Positions 26,162 through 37,384 of a DNA stretch of 64,000 nt are shown piece after piece (within the stretch, counting starts at the first letter, position 1; each line of letters starts with the position of its first letter). Source of the DNA: Phyllosticta citribraziliensis (Eukaryota); assembly GCF_038025025.1 (NCBI RefSeq), contig NW_027117344.1:806001-870000 (forward strand). The letters are read 5' to 3'. The notes beneath the pieces were generated by a model, which saw only the letters and a list, made by a program, of their open reading frames with translations, was not told the origin of the DNA and did not search any database. A program made the position numbers and the translations under genes.

Positions 26162-27021
26162 ATGCCCATCCGAAACCCATTCAGGAGAACTCCCGGCCCT
26201 CTCGACGTCGCCGACGAGAACCAGCGCCCCAACGGCGCCGCTACCGGTTTCCAGCACGCAAAGACCGTTGGCGTCAAGCCCATTGATATCAAGGAACCAG
26301 CAGAGTACAAGCTTAGCGGTATATCATCCTCACTCACCACGTTCGACCTTTGGCGCAACATCTGAACATGTCGCAGAAATCAATGACAGCGGAGTCTACC
26401 TTCCGGTACGAAACATGTGCTATTGCGCTTCGGCACGATTGCCCGCTAACACCAAATATGCAGCCGTCGCCACAAGAGAAGAAGGCCAGCTTCTGGTCCA
26501 CCAAATCGTCGTCGTCATCCTTGAACCCGCGCAAGGCTCTGACTGAAAACGAGCCTTTTAGCATCTCGCGAGAGTCATTCGACTCGTACCGACGATCCTT
26601 TGTACGCCAAAAAGAGCTCCGCTGCGCAACAACGCATTGTACTCATACTGTCTAGGATATTTCCGCCCGGTCTCCGGTTGTCGACAACTTGGACATTCGG
26701 CCCCGTCAAAGCCTTGACTCGAGGGCCGCACGCCTGCCGCGGTCTTCATTGAGCGAACGTCGCTTCGAGCGACCGCTGTCGACTGCCGACGAGGGATTTG
26801 AAGATGTGGGACTCAGCGACGAGCCGAAGCCAAAAAAGAAAGGCTTCTTCGCCAGATTCGGCGACTCATCCGAGAGCCTCGTTTCCACCAGCAGGTCTTC
26901 TTCGTTCCACATTCCTGTCCCAGGCCGGAAGAGAGGGCAGAGTGGTCACGGCGCCGAGCTGGGCCCTCTACCAAGGCCTGCGGAAAATCCAAATGGAGGA
27001 ATTCCAGAGGAATCAAACTAA
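26162..27021 (+). CDS. Conserved-looking fungal hypothetical protein
   Basis: MPIRNPFRR start; introns 26319-26376, 26406-26463 and 26602-26655 give YKLSEINDSGVYLPPSP, ENEPFSISRESFDSYRRSFDISARSPV and RKRGQSG.GAEL in one frame. Confidence 0.85.
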
Positions 27022-27547
27022 GACATCTTGGAGCGGGATTGGAGTTTGGAGGGACGCAATATTTGAACGCCATTGATAGCGGCAGGCACCGTACAGGCAG
27101 CATGATGGGACGGACTTTGGTTACCTGTTGGCGTTTTTGGCACAAGTCCTCGGGCACGGCACGCTCAGTAGGCAAGAGGGAGTCGACATTCGCATCGTCA
27201 TGATTACAAAGGGCTTGGTCAAGGTTCCACAGACTTCACATTCTAATATCTATTCGCCGTTACGCTTAGGCTCTAAGGCAGGCAACAACATGCTAAACAG
27301 TCCAAAATTGCGTTTTCGTGGTTCATCTGTCAAGGTGCTACACAGATGATCCAGACGCAGGGCCTCGTTCCCGTCGTGCGCGTGCAGACGGAAAGCCGAG
27401 AGCCATGGCGCTCTGAAAAACCCATTTGGATCTGCCGAATGCTGCCCAAGAACGACAAACGCTCAGCTGATTGACATGGCCGGATGGAGAGCATCCGTCG
27501 CCCTCAATCTTGGATGCACCCATGTCGCGGTTCCGGCTTGTCATGCG

Positions 27548-27640
27548 TCATCGCGGGCGCTAACGGCCGGTACACGAGTCAGCGTTCTGCCACCGCCTAA
27601 GGTCCCTTGGTCCGAGCACTCCATGTTTCCAAAAAATTGG
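27548..27640 (+). promoter_or_regulatory. Ribosome-biogenesis-type promoter motifs (PAC-like and RRPE-like) upstream of PUF6
   Basis: TCATCGC at 27548-27554 (reverse GCGATGA, PAC-like) and AAAAAATT near 27630-27638 (RRPE-like); both imperfect. Confidence 0.4.
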
Positions 27641-27686
27641 AACTTTTGTGCACTGCGCAAACTCCATCCGCCCGCGACAGCAAAAA

Positions 27687-29888
27687 ATGGCCGGAGTCAA
27701 GCGCAAGCAATCGGAACCCACCAAGGATGTCGGCGACAAGAAGAAGAGGGTGCGCCCTACTGCTGCCGTCGCTGCGAAGAGCGCAAAGCCAGCCAAGCCT
27801 GCGAAGAAGAAGCAGCCGAGTTCCGAAGAAATGATCGAATCGGACACGACCGAAAGCGACACTGGTTTTTACGGCACCTCGGCACAAGATGGCGCGGCAG
27901 GAGATGCGAGCGATAGCGATGTCTCCATGGACAGCGACAATGAGGATGGTGGCGTCAAGATTGGCGAGGGAAAAAAGACGGAGTCAAAAAAGCCAGCTGA
28001 TGGCGGTGACAAGGGCGCTGGAGGTAAGCCTGCGACTTTCCTTTGCGGATTCTCACAGCTTGGTCTAATAACTACACCAGGTACCAACTCCCGCGAAGCC
28101 CACCAAAAGCAGAAGCAACTTGCGAAGGAACGGAAATTGGCCAAACCCAACGGCGACGACATTCACAGGTCCAAGAAGATTTGGGAGCGTCTGAGGATAA
28201 AGTCTGCCGTTCCCAAGGCGGAGCGGCAGGAGCTTCTCACCGAGCTCTTTGGAATCATCACCGGCAGAGTCCAGGACTTTGTCTTCAAGCACGACTCCAC
28301 TCGCGTCATCCAGACCGCTCTGAAATACGGCACGCCGGACCAGCGCAAGATGATTGGAACCGAGCTCAAGGGGACATACAAGAGTCTGGCTGAGAGCAGA
28401 TATGCCAAATTCTTGGTTGGAAAGATCCTTGTTGGCGGGTGCGTAACTCTCTACCCTCTTTTGGAATATTTACTGACACGTTGATATAGAGACGAAGAAA
28501 CCAGAGAAATGGTCATTTCGGAGTTTTATGGATCCATCAAGCGCATGATCAACAACCCCGAGGCATCCTGGATTCTGGACGACATTTACCGTGGTATGGC
28601 GACGAAGAAACAAAAGGCCATAATGCTCCAGGAGTGGTACGGTCCCGAATTCGCTTTGTTCAAAAGCAAGAAGGGCGAGGCAGACGACACAACGCTGGCG
28701 AGCATTCTTGAAAAGACACCCGAAAAGCGCAAGCCCATCATGAACCACCTGCGCGGTCTGATCAACCAGCTCATCCAGAAGAAGATGACTGGATTCACGA
28801 TGCTCCATGATGCCATGCTCCAGTACTTTCTCAACACCAAGCCTGGGACCGAGGAGGCCACGGAATTTCTCGAGCTGATCAAGGGCGATGATGAGGGCGA
28901 CTTGTTGAAGAACTTGGCCTTTACGAAGAATGGCGCTCGGGTTGTGGCCCTCGCTCTGGCTTATGGCACAGCAAAGGACCGCAAGAACATCCTCAAGGCT
29001 TACAAGAACAACATTGAAATTATGGCATATGACCAATGGGCACATCAGGTTCTCCTGGCCGCGTTGGACGTGGTCGACGACACCGTCCTGACCTCGAAGC
29101 TCATTTACCCAGAACTTCTCAACACGACGTCAAGCATGGAGGTGCAACAAGAAAAGCTTCTCAATCTTGCTCTGGACAAGGGCGGTCGGATTGTGCTCCT
29201 CTACCCCCTGTCAGGCGCGGCAAAGTGGCTGTTCCCGACTGTCGAGGACCGAGCTCTTTTGGACGAGATTCACGAAATTCGCAAGGAAACCTCGAAGAAG
29301 GACCCAGAAGTCAGGCGCAAGGAGATTGTCCGGACATACTCGCCCACTCTCCTCAACGTCATTGCCGCCGACCCTTCAGTCCTTGCTCAATCGTCCTTTG
29401 GTTGCCAGTTCATCCAGGAGACTTTGCTCTCCGCTGAAGGCGACAAGACCGAGGCCGTCAACGCCGTCGCGGCCCTTGCTGCAGGCGATACCGGCTCTGA
29501 AGGCCACCTGTCCCAGTCATCGCACGCTGGTCGTATGCTCAAAATTCTGGCCACCGGCGGCCACTTTGACCCGCAAACCAAGCAATTGAAGCCTGTGGAC
29601 CCGCCGCTCAACTTCCATAACGCCCTCTACGCGCACATCAAGGACCGCCTTGTCGAGTGGGCCACTGGGCCTAGCTCATTTACCGTGGTCGCCATGGTGG
29701 AAGCGGATGGGTTTGAGAGCAAGGACAAGGTGCTGAAGGCGCTGAAGAAGGAGAAGGCCAAGCTTGAGAAGGCTGCTGAAGGGAGCGAGTCGCAGAAGCC
29801 GAAGGACAAGGGAGAGAAGAAGAAGTCGGAGAAGCCGGCGCCAAAGGGCAACCCTGGGTCCAGGATATTGCTTGAGAAGCTCTCGTGA
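27687..29888 (+). CDS. PUF6: Pumilio-homology nucleolar protein Puf6/PUM3
   Basis: Lys/acidic N-terminus; ERK..KP, KKIWERLR, FVFKHDSTRVIQTALKYG, YAKFLV.K, EWYGPEF, GTAKDRK and D.VDDT motifs; introns 28024-28080 and 28439-28489. Confidence 0.93.
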
Positions 29889-30011
29889 TTAGTTTAACGC
29901 TACAGAAAGGGGGGGTTTTTTTGGTCCACAAAAGGAAGAGAGATGGCATTGGCGTTTTAAGAGTTCGCATCCATACGCGCAAAAAGATATCAATTCATGA
30001 CGCTTTTCTGT

Positions 30012-30797
30012 TTATATGCGAACTTCGGCCCATGGCGTCCATTCGGGGATTGGCTTGTTCGTCGGCACGAGCCAGACGGTTCCTCCCTTCCAGCCACCAA
30101 GATCTCCGGACCCGTCAATGCTGACACCGGCAGCTTGTATCAGCTGCTGCAGCTGTGTCTTTTTCTCTTCGGAAATATCTACGCTTCCGCTGCTTCACAG
30201 TCAGCAAAGAAGCACTTGGATGGGTGAGGCAGCACCTACTAGATCAAACTGCAATGGGGTCGATATACGTCATCAGCCCATTGCTGCGCAGGCGTGTTGA
30301 GACCATTTTCGACGGCCAATATCCTCGACCACAGAGCCAAGTCCTTGACGCCCTCTTTCTCGACGCGCAGCGTGAGCTTCTGGACAAACTTGTCGCCAAC
30401 GTCGAGGGCTCGGAAGCGCACGTCGACATCGCTGCTCCGCGGCAACGAGACCCTGACGCTGTCTAACCAAGCCTGCGCATCGGCTTTGCGACGCGCCTCG
30501 TCGTCCTCGCCTGCCCGCGTGAAGAGGTCGATGGGGACATCTGACGTCAAGGTCACGTGTGGAACGAACCCGGCGGTCACCAGCCGTTCAGGCGTCGCGG
30601 AGGCATCTTCTGGGAACTGGGCTGGCAGCGTGTCGGAGATGAGAGTCGACAGCTTGTCGTAGAGGGGAGAGTCCTGGGGCGGAACGAGCCATAGCGAGCA
30701 GCCTGGCCAGAAGGGGTCAATCTGGCGAACAGGCCGAGGTGCGCGAGGTGGAGGTGGTGTTGTTTGTGGAGGAATTTGTTGGAACGGTACCTGTCAT
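30012..30797 (-). CDS. CPD1: 2H phosphoesterase / cyclic nucleotide phosphodiesterase (Cpd1-like)
   Basis: 7-nt first exon ATGACAG (30797-30791); intron 30790-30703 gives MTGCSLWLVPP; both 2H motifs present (PHVTL and PHCSL.Y); second intron starts at 30239 (GTAGGT); last exon GW.GG.VWLVPT.KPI.EW, TAA 30014-30012. Confidence 0.85.
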
Positions 30798-31118
30798 GGC
30801 GGGGAAACGCGCGATGGACGGACGAGAAAATGGGCTTGTGAATTGGGAGGTTGGATCTCGATGTCAACAAGATGGAATAGCGATTTATTCAAATGGGCAT
30901 TGTGGACTGACGTATGTTCACTGGTGGCGCGTAAAAGCAGGCACAGGCAGTGGCGGGGGTTCAGGTCGGGTTCCACCACGTGCACGCGCCTTCCCCGATT
31001 GTTTTGCGATCTCTCTCTCAACTCCATCCCCACCTCACACGGACGGCCTGAGGTTGGTCCCCCCCCACAATCCCGCCGGCCGTTCGTACTCAGCTAGCAA
31101 TGCCCCTTCCATCCCACC

Positions 31119-33584
31119 ATGGCCGAAGACCACGACCAAAGCAGAATCACACAGCTCGTTAGCCAGGCCCACGCCGACATTGAGGGCGCTGACTACGCCC
31201 ATGCCGCCGAGCTGCTCCGAGAAGCGTCCGCCATCCAGCCCGAAAACGCGCTGATCAGGGATACGTGGCAGACGCTGCAAGAGCAAGAGTCCCGCGGGCC
31301 CTTTGTGCGTTTGGTCAAGAGCTATTTGAATTCCAAGAACGAAAAGCATGGCTGGGACGCCGTCGCCTACGTCGAGCACAACCAGCTTAGCCGGGATGTC
31401 GCAGAGGAAGCGACTCAGATCCTCATGGATTTCACCGGCGAGGACGCCATCGCCGACAGAATCACTGGCCGCCTGCTCAAGGGCCATTTGCACGCCCGAA
31501 AGTACCTGGCCGCCCATTTCAAAGAAAAACCTCACAACATTTTCGAGCGCTTCTTTGACCGCGGCGATGACAGCACCGAGGGCCTCTTTGTCGTCCTCCT
31601 CGACCCTTCTGCCTGGTCCTCCGAGGACGAGCGCATCACCGCCTTGAGAGACATCTTCATGCTCTCCTTGGCGCAGATGATGGAGGCTGGCCTGGCCCAT
31701 CCGGAGCGCGCCATGAAGTCGATTTCGAGGGCCCTCGTGGCAGAGGCAAATCACCTCAATGGCATCATTGACGCCGACGGCTTCGATGTCATTTTGTCGT
31801 CCATGGACATTCGGGCGCCTCCTGCCCTTCGCAGCCAAGCAACGCTGGCAACCGCGAAGCTCCTGGAGCTGTCGCCCGAAAACTCTCAGAAATTGATCTC
31901 GCGCTACGTCGCACACAAGGTGCAGTATCCCACGACCGACGGCCTCGTATTGGCCTTTTCTGCCGCCGCTGCCATTTTCCCCATCGCCCCGCAACAGAGC
32001 GCCGCTATGTTCTTGACCCAGGGCTTTCTAGAAGGGCTGCCAGAGCTCGTCATGTCCCGGAGGAGCCAGCGCCTGGAGCAGGCTGCGCTTGAGCTGCTCA
32101 GCGCGGCGTGCATTGAGAAAACCTGCAGAGAGGCCATTGCGAAGCATGTCAAATTTTGGCTCGAGGATGTGGCAAAGACTAGTCTGGACAAGGCCAAAGC
32201 GAACAAGGCGGCTCTCATTCTCGTCAAAATTCATGAGGCGCCCGCTGGAGAAGATAGTGCGATGGTGTCTGACTCTGATGACCACACCCAGGACGAACTT
32301 GTAGCAAGGTTTAAGAATGTCGTGCTCTCGTCTGACGAAGTCGTCAAGCAAGAGTCGGTCGAGGGCCTGGCGTACTCGTCTCTGAAGCCCCGGGTCAAGG
32401 AAGAACTGGCCAAAGACAAGGTGTTCTTGCGGGAGTTGGTCAAGGTGATGAGTGCTGATGGGGCAGCGAAGCCACTGATTTTCGGCGGCTTGACCATCTT
32501 GAGCAACCTGACAGCATACCGTCCAGTGCGGACCGAGGAGCAAAAGAGAATCTCGCAGCTCAAGGCCTATGCAAACTCGAAGAGGCCAGCACCCGAGGAC
32601 CCTCTTGACGACGACGCTCATGTCACAGCTCGGTGTGCCAAGGTACTGCAGGCAAACGTCGTTCCCTTTTTGGTACATGAATGCAAAAAGGCATCGCCAA
32701 ACGTCCTCTCCCAGATCTTGGGGATCCTTCTTTCACTATCCAAGGAGCAGAAGCATAGGGGCACCATGGCCCAGCAGGGTGTCATCAAAGCGCTCCTCCA
32801 AGTCAATGAAACCGTCCAGCAACACACGACGCACACGCAAGCCTCATATGGCAAATCTGCCTCGTGGACCGCCGCCCACATCCTCGCGCGCATTCTCATC
32901 TCCGTCAACCCACACCACATCTTCTCAAACTCAACACTCCCAATCACGACAGCCGTGCGGCCGCTCGTGCACCTCCTCGACGACGACCCCGACCAAGAGC
33001 AGCGCGACCTGCTCCCAGTCTTCGAATCCCTTCTCGCCCTCACCAACCTGGCGTCCGCCGAAGACGACGCGCGCGAAGCCATCATCAAGCTGGCGTGGAC
33101 GCGCATCGAAGACCTGCTGCTGGCCAACAACCCGATGGTGCAGCGGGCGTCGGTCGAGCTAGTCTGCAACCTCCAGCTGTCGCCGCACGGCGCCATCAAG
33201 TTCGCCGACGGCACGCCCGCCGCGCGCAACCGGCTGCACATCCTGCTGGCGCTGGCCGACGCCGAGGACGCGGCGACGCGGCGCGCGGCCGGCGGCGCGC
33301 TCGCCATGCTGACCGAGTGGGACGCGGCGGCCGACGCCGTGCTGCAGCGCGACCGCGGCGTCGACATCGTCTTGGGCCTCGTCGAGGACCCCGCCGACGA
33401 CCTCCGCCACCGCGGCGTCGTCTGCCTCAAGAACCTCGTCACGGCGCCCGGCCCCGTCGGCGGCAGGGGTCGCGAGAAGGTCAAGGCTGCGAATGGGCCG
33501 GCTGTCTTGAAGGAGGTGCTCAAGGAGACGAAGAACCCGGCGATTCTGCAGGAGGGCGTTGTTGCGCTGAAGGCGCTTTTGTAG
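31119..33584 (+). CDS. SHE4: UCS-domain myosin chaperone (She4/CRO1/Rng3 family), single exon, 821 aa
   Basis: ARM-like helical ORF with LELLSAAC, SVEGLAYSSL.P.VKEELA, RGTMAQQG, LARILISVNP, FESLLALTNLAS, VQRASVELVCNL, RRAAGGALAMLT and LRHRGVVCL.NL motifs. Confidence 0.92.
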   Translation: MAEDHDQSRITQLVSQAHADIEGADYAHAAELLREASAIQPENALIRDTWQTLQEQESRGPFVRLVKSYLNSKNEKHGWDAVAYVEHNQLSRDVAEEATQILMDFTGEDAIADRITGRLLKGHLHARKYLAAHFKEKPHNIFERFFDRGDDSTEGLFVVLLDPSAWSSEDERITALRDIFMLSLAQMMEAGLAHPERAMKSISRALVAEANHLNGIIDADGFDVILSSMDIRAPPALRSQATLATAKLLELSPENSQKLISRYVAHKVQYPTTDGLVLAFSAAAAIFPIAPQQSAAMFLTQGFLEGLPELVMSRRSQRLEQAALELLSAACIEKTCREAIAKHVKFWLEDVAKTSLDKAKANKAALILVKIHEAPAGEDSAMVSDSDDHTQDELVARFKNVVLSSDEVVKQESVEGLAYSSLKPRVKEELAKDKVFLRELVKVMSADGAAKPLIFGGLTILSNLTAYRPVRTEEQKRISQLKAYANSKRPAPEDPLDDDAHVTARCAKVLQANVVPFLVHECKKASPNVLSQILGILLSLSKEQKHRGTMAQQGVIKALLQVNETVQQHTTHTQASYGKSASWTAAHILARILISVNPHHIFSNSTLPITTAVRPLVHLLDDDPDQEQRDLLPVFESLLALTNLASAEDDAREAIIKLAWTRIEDLLLANNPMVQRASVELVCNLQLSPHGAIKFADGTPAARNRLHILLALADAEDAATRRAAGGALAMLTEWDAAADAVLQRDRGVDIVLGLVEDPADDLRHRGVVCLKNLVTAPGPVGGRGREKVKAANGPAVLKEVLKETKNPAILQEGVVALKALL

Positions 33585-34330
33585 GAGGATCGCGAGAGAA
33601 GGGGGTAATGCGGGTGTCGTCGTTGTCGTTGTGCGGTTGTTGGTGGATGAACGAGCAAGTCGATGGACGGACGACAGAAGGGGGGGGTTTTGCATGCATA
33701 ACTACCATCCTTCCTTCCTACCTTGTTACGTGCGTCTTCGCTCTGGTGTCGGTGGTGCGTGCTGCGCTGGCAGTTCACCGTCGTCCTTTTACTCCCCATT
33801 TTCCCTTCTCAGACGACAAAAAGACGACTAAAAAGGGAGAGCGTGATTATGATTATGGCCATTTCCTGTCCCTCTTGTGCTCCAGGTGGTCCACGGCTGC
33901 CCCCTTTTTCATTCTTGCGTGCATGAGTTGGCGGTATACAACAAGAGCAAGATGAACATGAAAAAGCACGACCAAAGCTATAGATACTGTTGTTGCTACT
34001 GTCGCTACTCGCTACTGCTGTCGTATTGTGTATAGAGGTGGACATAACAGAAAATTAGTGACTTGGCATGAACTCATTCTGTCAGTCAAAGACTTCTTTG
34101 CTACTTGAGCCAGGCTTGGAATTCTTCCCATACCACTCTTCCCAGAGAAAAGCTCTCAACTGATTCTCTGACTCCACCCACCTCCCCCCAACCATCCAGC
34201 CCATTTCCGAGTTCTGGGTATCTTCCGTCCGCCCACCGACCGGCTTGTGCTCTACGGCCGCCTTCGCGCCAGCACCTAAGAGACCCAGGAAAACCTACCG
34301 CCCATACAATCCGAGAAGTTGAACCAGCGG

Positions 34331-37043
34331 CTAGTATTGTCCACCCCAGTGGCCACCTGGTGGCGGCTGTGGCGGCTGCTGTCCGCCATACCCACCACCG
34401 CCACCGTACGCGCCTCCCTGGCCCCACTGTCCCGCGCCTCCTTGATCGCCGCCATAGCCTGGATAGCCTCCCTGCGGAGGAGGCGGCGGCTGGTGGCCGT
34501 ACGGGCCGGGGGAGGGACCCTGATCGTTGTAGCCCTGTTGGTAGTGCGTGGGGAAAGCGTAGGGGTCTTGCGGGTTGTTCTGGGGCGGGCCCGGCGGGAG
34601 CGGGGCATCTTGCTGGTAAGCGTATTGCTGGTGATGAGGGGGTGGGGTTGAGTGGTAGGAAGGCGGGCCCTGCTCGTAAGTCGGCGTGTGTTGCTGGTAC
34701 GGTTGGCCGCCGTGTTGCTGCTGAGGCGGAGACGAATTGTCGGCTTCGCGTTTCCCAAAGCCGCCGCTTCCACCACCGAGTATGCTGCTGAGCGGATTCT
34801 TGCCGCCAGACAGCTTGTTGATGTTGCCCAAAAGACCGCCGATGCCACCACTGCCGCCACCACTGTTCCCAGAGGAGCTGCCGCCAAAGTTTGCCAATCC
34901 ACCCAAAGCACCGCCAAACCCGCCTCCACTAGAAGACTGTTGGGGTGGCTTTTGACCGCCATGGGAGTGACCTTGTCCACCAATGTTGTTCTTACCAGCA
35001 CGGACGCTCTCGGAGCTGAGGAGGGTGTTAAGGTTTTGGCCGCGGTCGGGACGAGAGTGCGCCCAGTTCTCAACCACGGAAAACATCTTGCGATGAATTT
35101 CGCAGTGGTTGTCGCGGAGCGCTGGATGGTGGAAGACGCGGACGACGTCATTCAAAACCTCGTCGATGTTGGTGTTGGGATGGTCCATGGCATAGATGAC
35201 GCGCGGGGCGACGTACTCGAGGATGGCACAGGCGAGCTGACCCGCTGGCTGGTTGAGGATATTGGCAAAATGGTCCTTGGAAAGGAGCGAGTGGGTGGGA
35301 TCCGTGCAGTAGGGATCAGTCCATGGCTCGTACTGATGCTTGCCACTGGCGTCGATGACGACCGAGGAACCCTGCTTCATCTGCTTGGAAACAGCATTGA
35401 TAATGGGCAGAACAAACGGAGCCAGCAGAGCAAAGACAAATTGCGTGATTCTCTCGCTGATTTTCTCGACCAGACTCTCAAGACCGGGGATCTTGGAAAT
35501 AACGTTGCTAATGGAACGAACAACCTTGTCCCTGAACTCCAGAATGGGATAGATCTTGGGCACAACGCTCTGAGGATCAAAGTTGGGATTCATGCCCGGG
35601 ACTCCAGGGCCAGGGGGGCCGCCGACCGAACCAGGCGGCGCGGCAAACTGGGGAGCTTGAGCGCGGGATCCGCTGTAGTCGTCCTGACCAAATCCACGGG
35701 ACGCATTCTGAGCTGCTTGAGCATCTGAAGCAGCCTTCAAAGACATCGCCTCCTGGCAAAGCGACGAGGTGCCGGGAATTTTTGAAAGCAAACTCACAAG
35801 GCCGTCGGCATCAGCACCCGAGCCACTGCCTGATCGCTTGCCGGTCGCACCGCCCGAATTGCTCAGTTTTTGCGCCATTTCATCCATTTCTGACGGCACT
35901 TCGACTTCAGATTGGGTAAAGTGGTCCGTTGCCTCACCAAGAACGGAGTGAAGGAAATCAACAGCACCGAATGTGCCAGTGACAAGAGGGAAAATGTGCT
36001 TGCCATGGACATTCATTTGGGTGGCTGTACCGGTGTGGGGGAAGACGTTGTGAAAGCCAAGCTCTCGCAACGCAAGCTCTGTGTAGTTGGTGTGAGCTCC
36101 AAAGTCCTCGAGGGTGTGAAGACCCTGGCCCAGACAACGTAGAGCTTCGCAGAGGTCTTCTTCGCGACCCTTGGAGCCGCCAGTGCCATGAGTGTACATG
36201 CGGCCGTAGTGAATCGCACGGGCAAAGCTATGTTTGACGTAGCCTACACTTGTGGCCCATGGTCCATGCTCATTGGCGATGTAGTTCTTCATTCCTGAGG
36301 AATTTCAGCATACTAATGCAAGCACGTGCGTGGGGGCTATACCAGTATTGGGGTCGACCGCCAACTCTTCTTTCGAGACGGGGCCGCGGAGACGAGAGTC
36401 GTACCTGCGGGCATCCTCATTGTCCGCATAGTCCTGGAAATAAAGTCAGTCGGTGTCACGGAAGATTCGAATATACAAGATAATTACCTTTGGGTTGTCA
36501 ATGTGCTCCTCAGGGCGGTAGACTGTTCAAATGTCAGCTCAGAGTCGATATGAGTACTGCGGGCGGGGCGGAGCGTACCGCCGAGACGTTCATGAGTAAC
36601 TTCAAATTCCTTGGTCGCATATCCAAAGGACATGAAGGCCAAGATCCACACGAGTATGCGAATCTGAGGCTGGTCAGTGCGTTGATGGAGCAAGTCAAGC
36701 GGGAAACGTACCGTATCGGCCTGCACGCCCTTCAAAGTGCCCACATCGACGGCTTGCGAATAGTCTCTCAAAAAGTTTCTGGACTCGTTAGATGCGGGCT
36801 CGTGGAAAGACGGTTGCACAAGCCTCACCCAAAGTAGACGCGCTTGATCATCATGGAGGACCATTTGTGGCCCTTGAGGCACGCGACCTTTTTGAGCATG
36901 TCTTCGATGTCGCCATGGCGCCAGTTGACTCCCTCGATGGTGGAGATGCTCGCAATGTTGCCAGCGCCGAACTGCAGCGAGGGGCGGGCCAGACAGAAGA
37001 GGACGATGAAGACAACAAAGAGGCTGAAGTGGAGGCGCCGCAT
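34331..37043 (-). CDS. het-c: HET-C family protein (signal peptide, Het-C domain, Gly/Gln/Pro/Tyr-rich tail)
   Basis: FGAGNIASIS..EG.NWRHGDIED, RVYFGNFLRDYSQAVDVG, YRPEEHIDNPKDYAD, TGMKNYIANE, GQGLHTLEDF.AH.NY.EL, PLVTGTFG and DPTHSLLSKDHF motifs; introns 36828-36779, 36711-36664, 36578-36523, 36487-36434 and 36342-36295. Which het-c paralog this is cannot be told by eye. Confidence 0.92.
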
Positions 37044-37384
37044 GGTGGTTGGCCTGCCTTGAGAAGTGGGAAACTGGAGGGTGTGGAGCTGTCCTGGACG
37101 ATCGGCTCACGACGGATGGGGCTTTTTAAGAGGATGTTGGTATGGCGTGTTAGGTTGGTGATGGAACCGAAGGCAGGCGGCAAGCTGAAGGCCGTAGGTA
37201 GGCACGCCTGGCAGGTGAGAATGCGCACGGACCTCCCCTACAACGTCATCCTGTGGCTCGGTAAAAGGGAGGGCTGAGGTGATGTTTCTTGGGCGGTGCT
37301 CCCTGCAACCAACCCAACACATACTGTACATAGCCACCGCGCTTCCATTCCATTATCCATTTCCCAAAGAACATTACTCGTCTC

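Noticed and set aside
25668..26546. 292-aa ORF upstream of and overlapping the 26162 gene
   Set aside because: Reads through a C-rich promoter and across an intron; only the EINDSGVYLP exon belongs to the real gene.
32618..33955. ORFs 32618..33799 (-) and 32864..33955 (+) overlapping SHE4
   Set aside because: Arg/Ala/Ser-rich by-products of very high GC3 in the real frame; no motifs.
34652..35728. 358-aa + strand ORF
   Set aside because: Antisense shadow of het-c.
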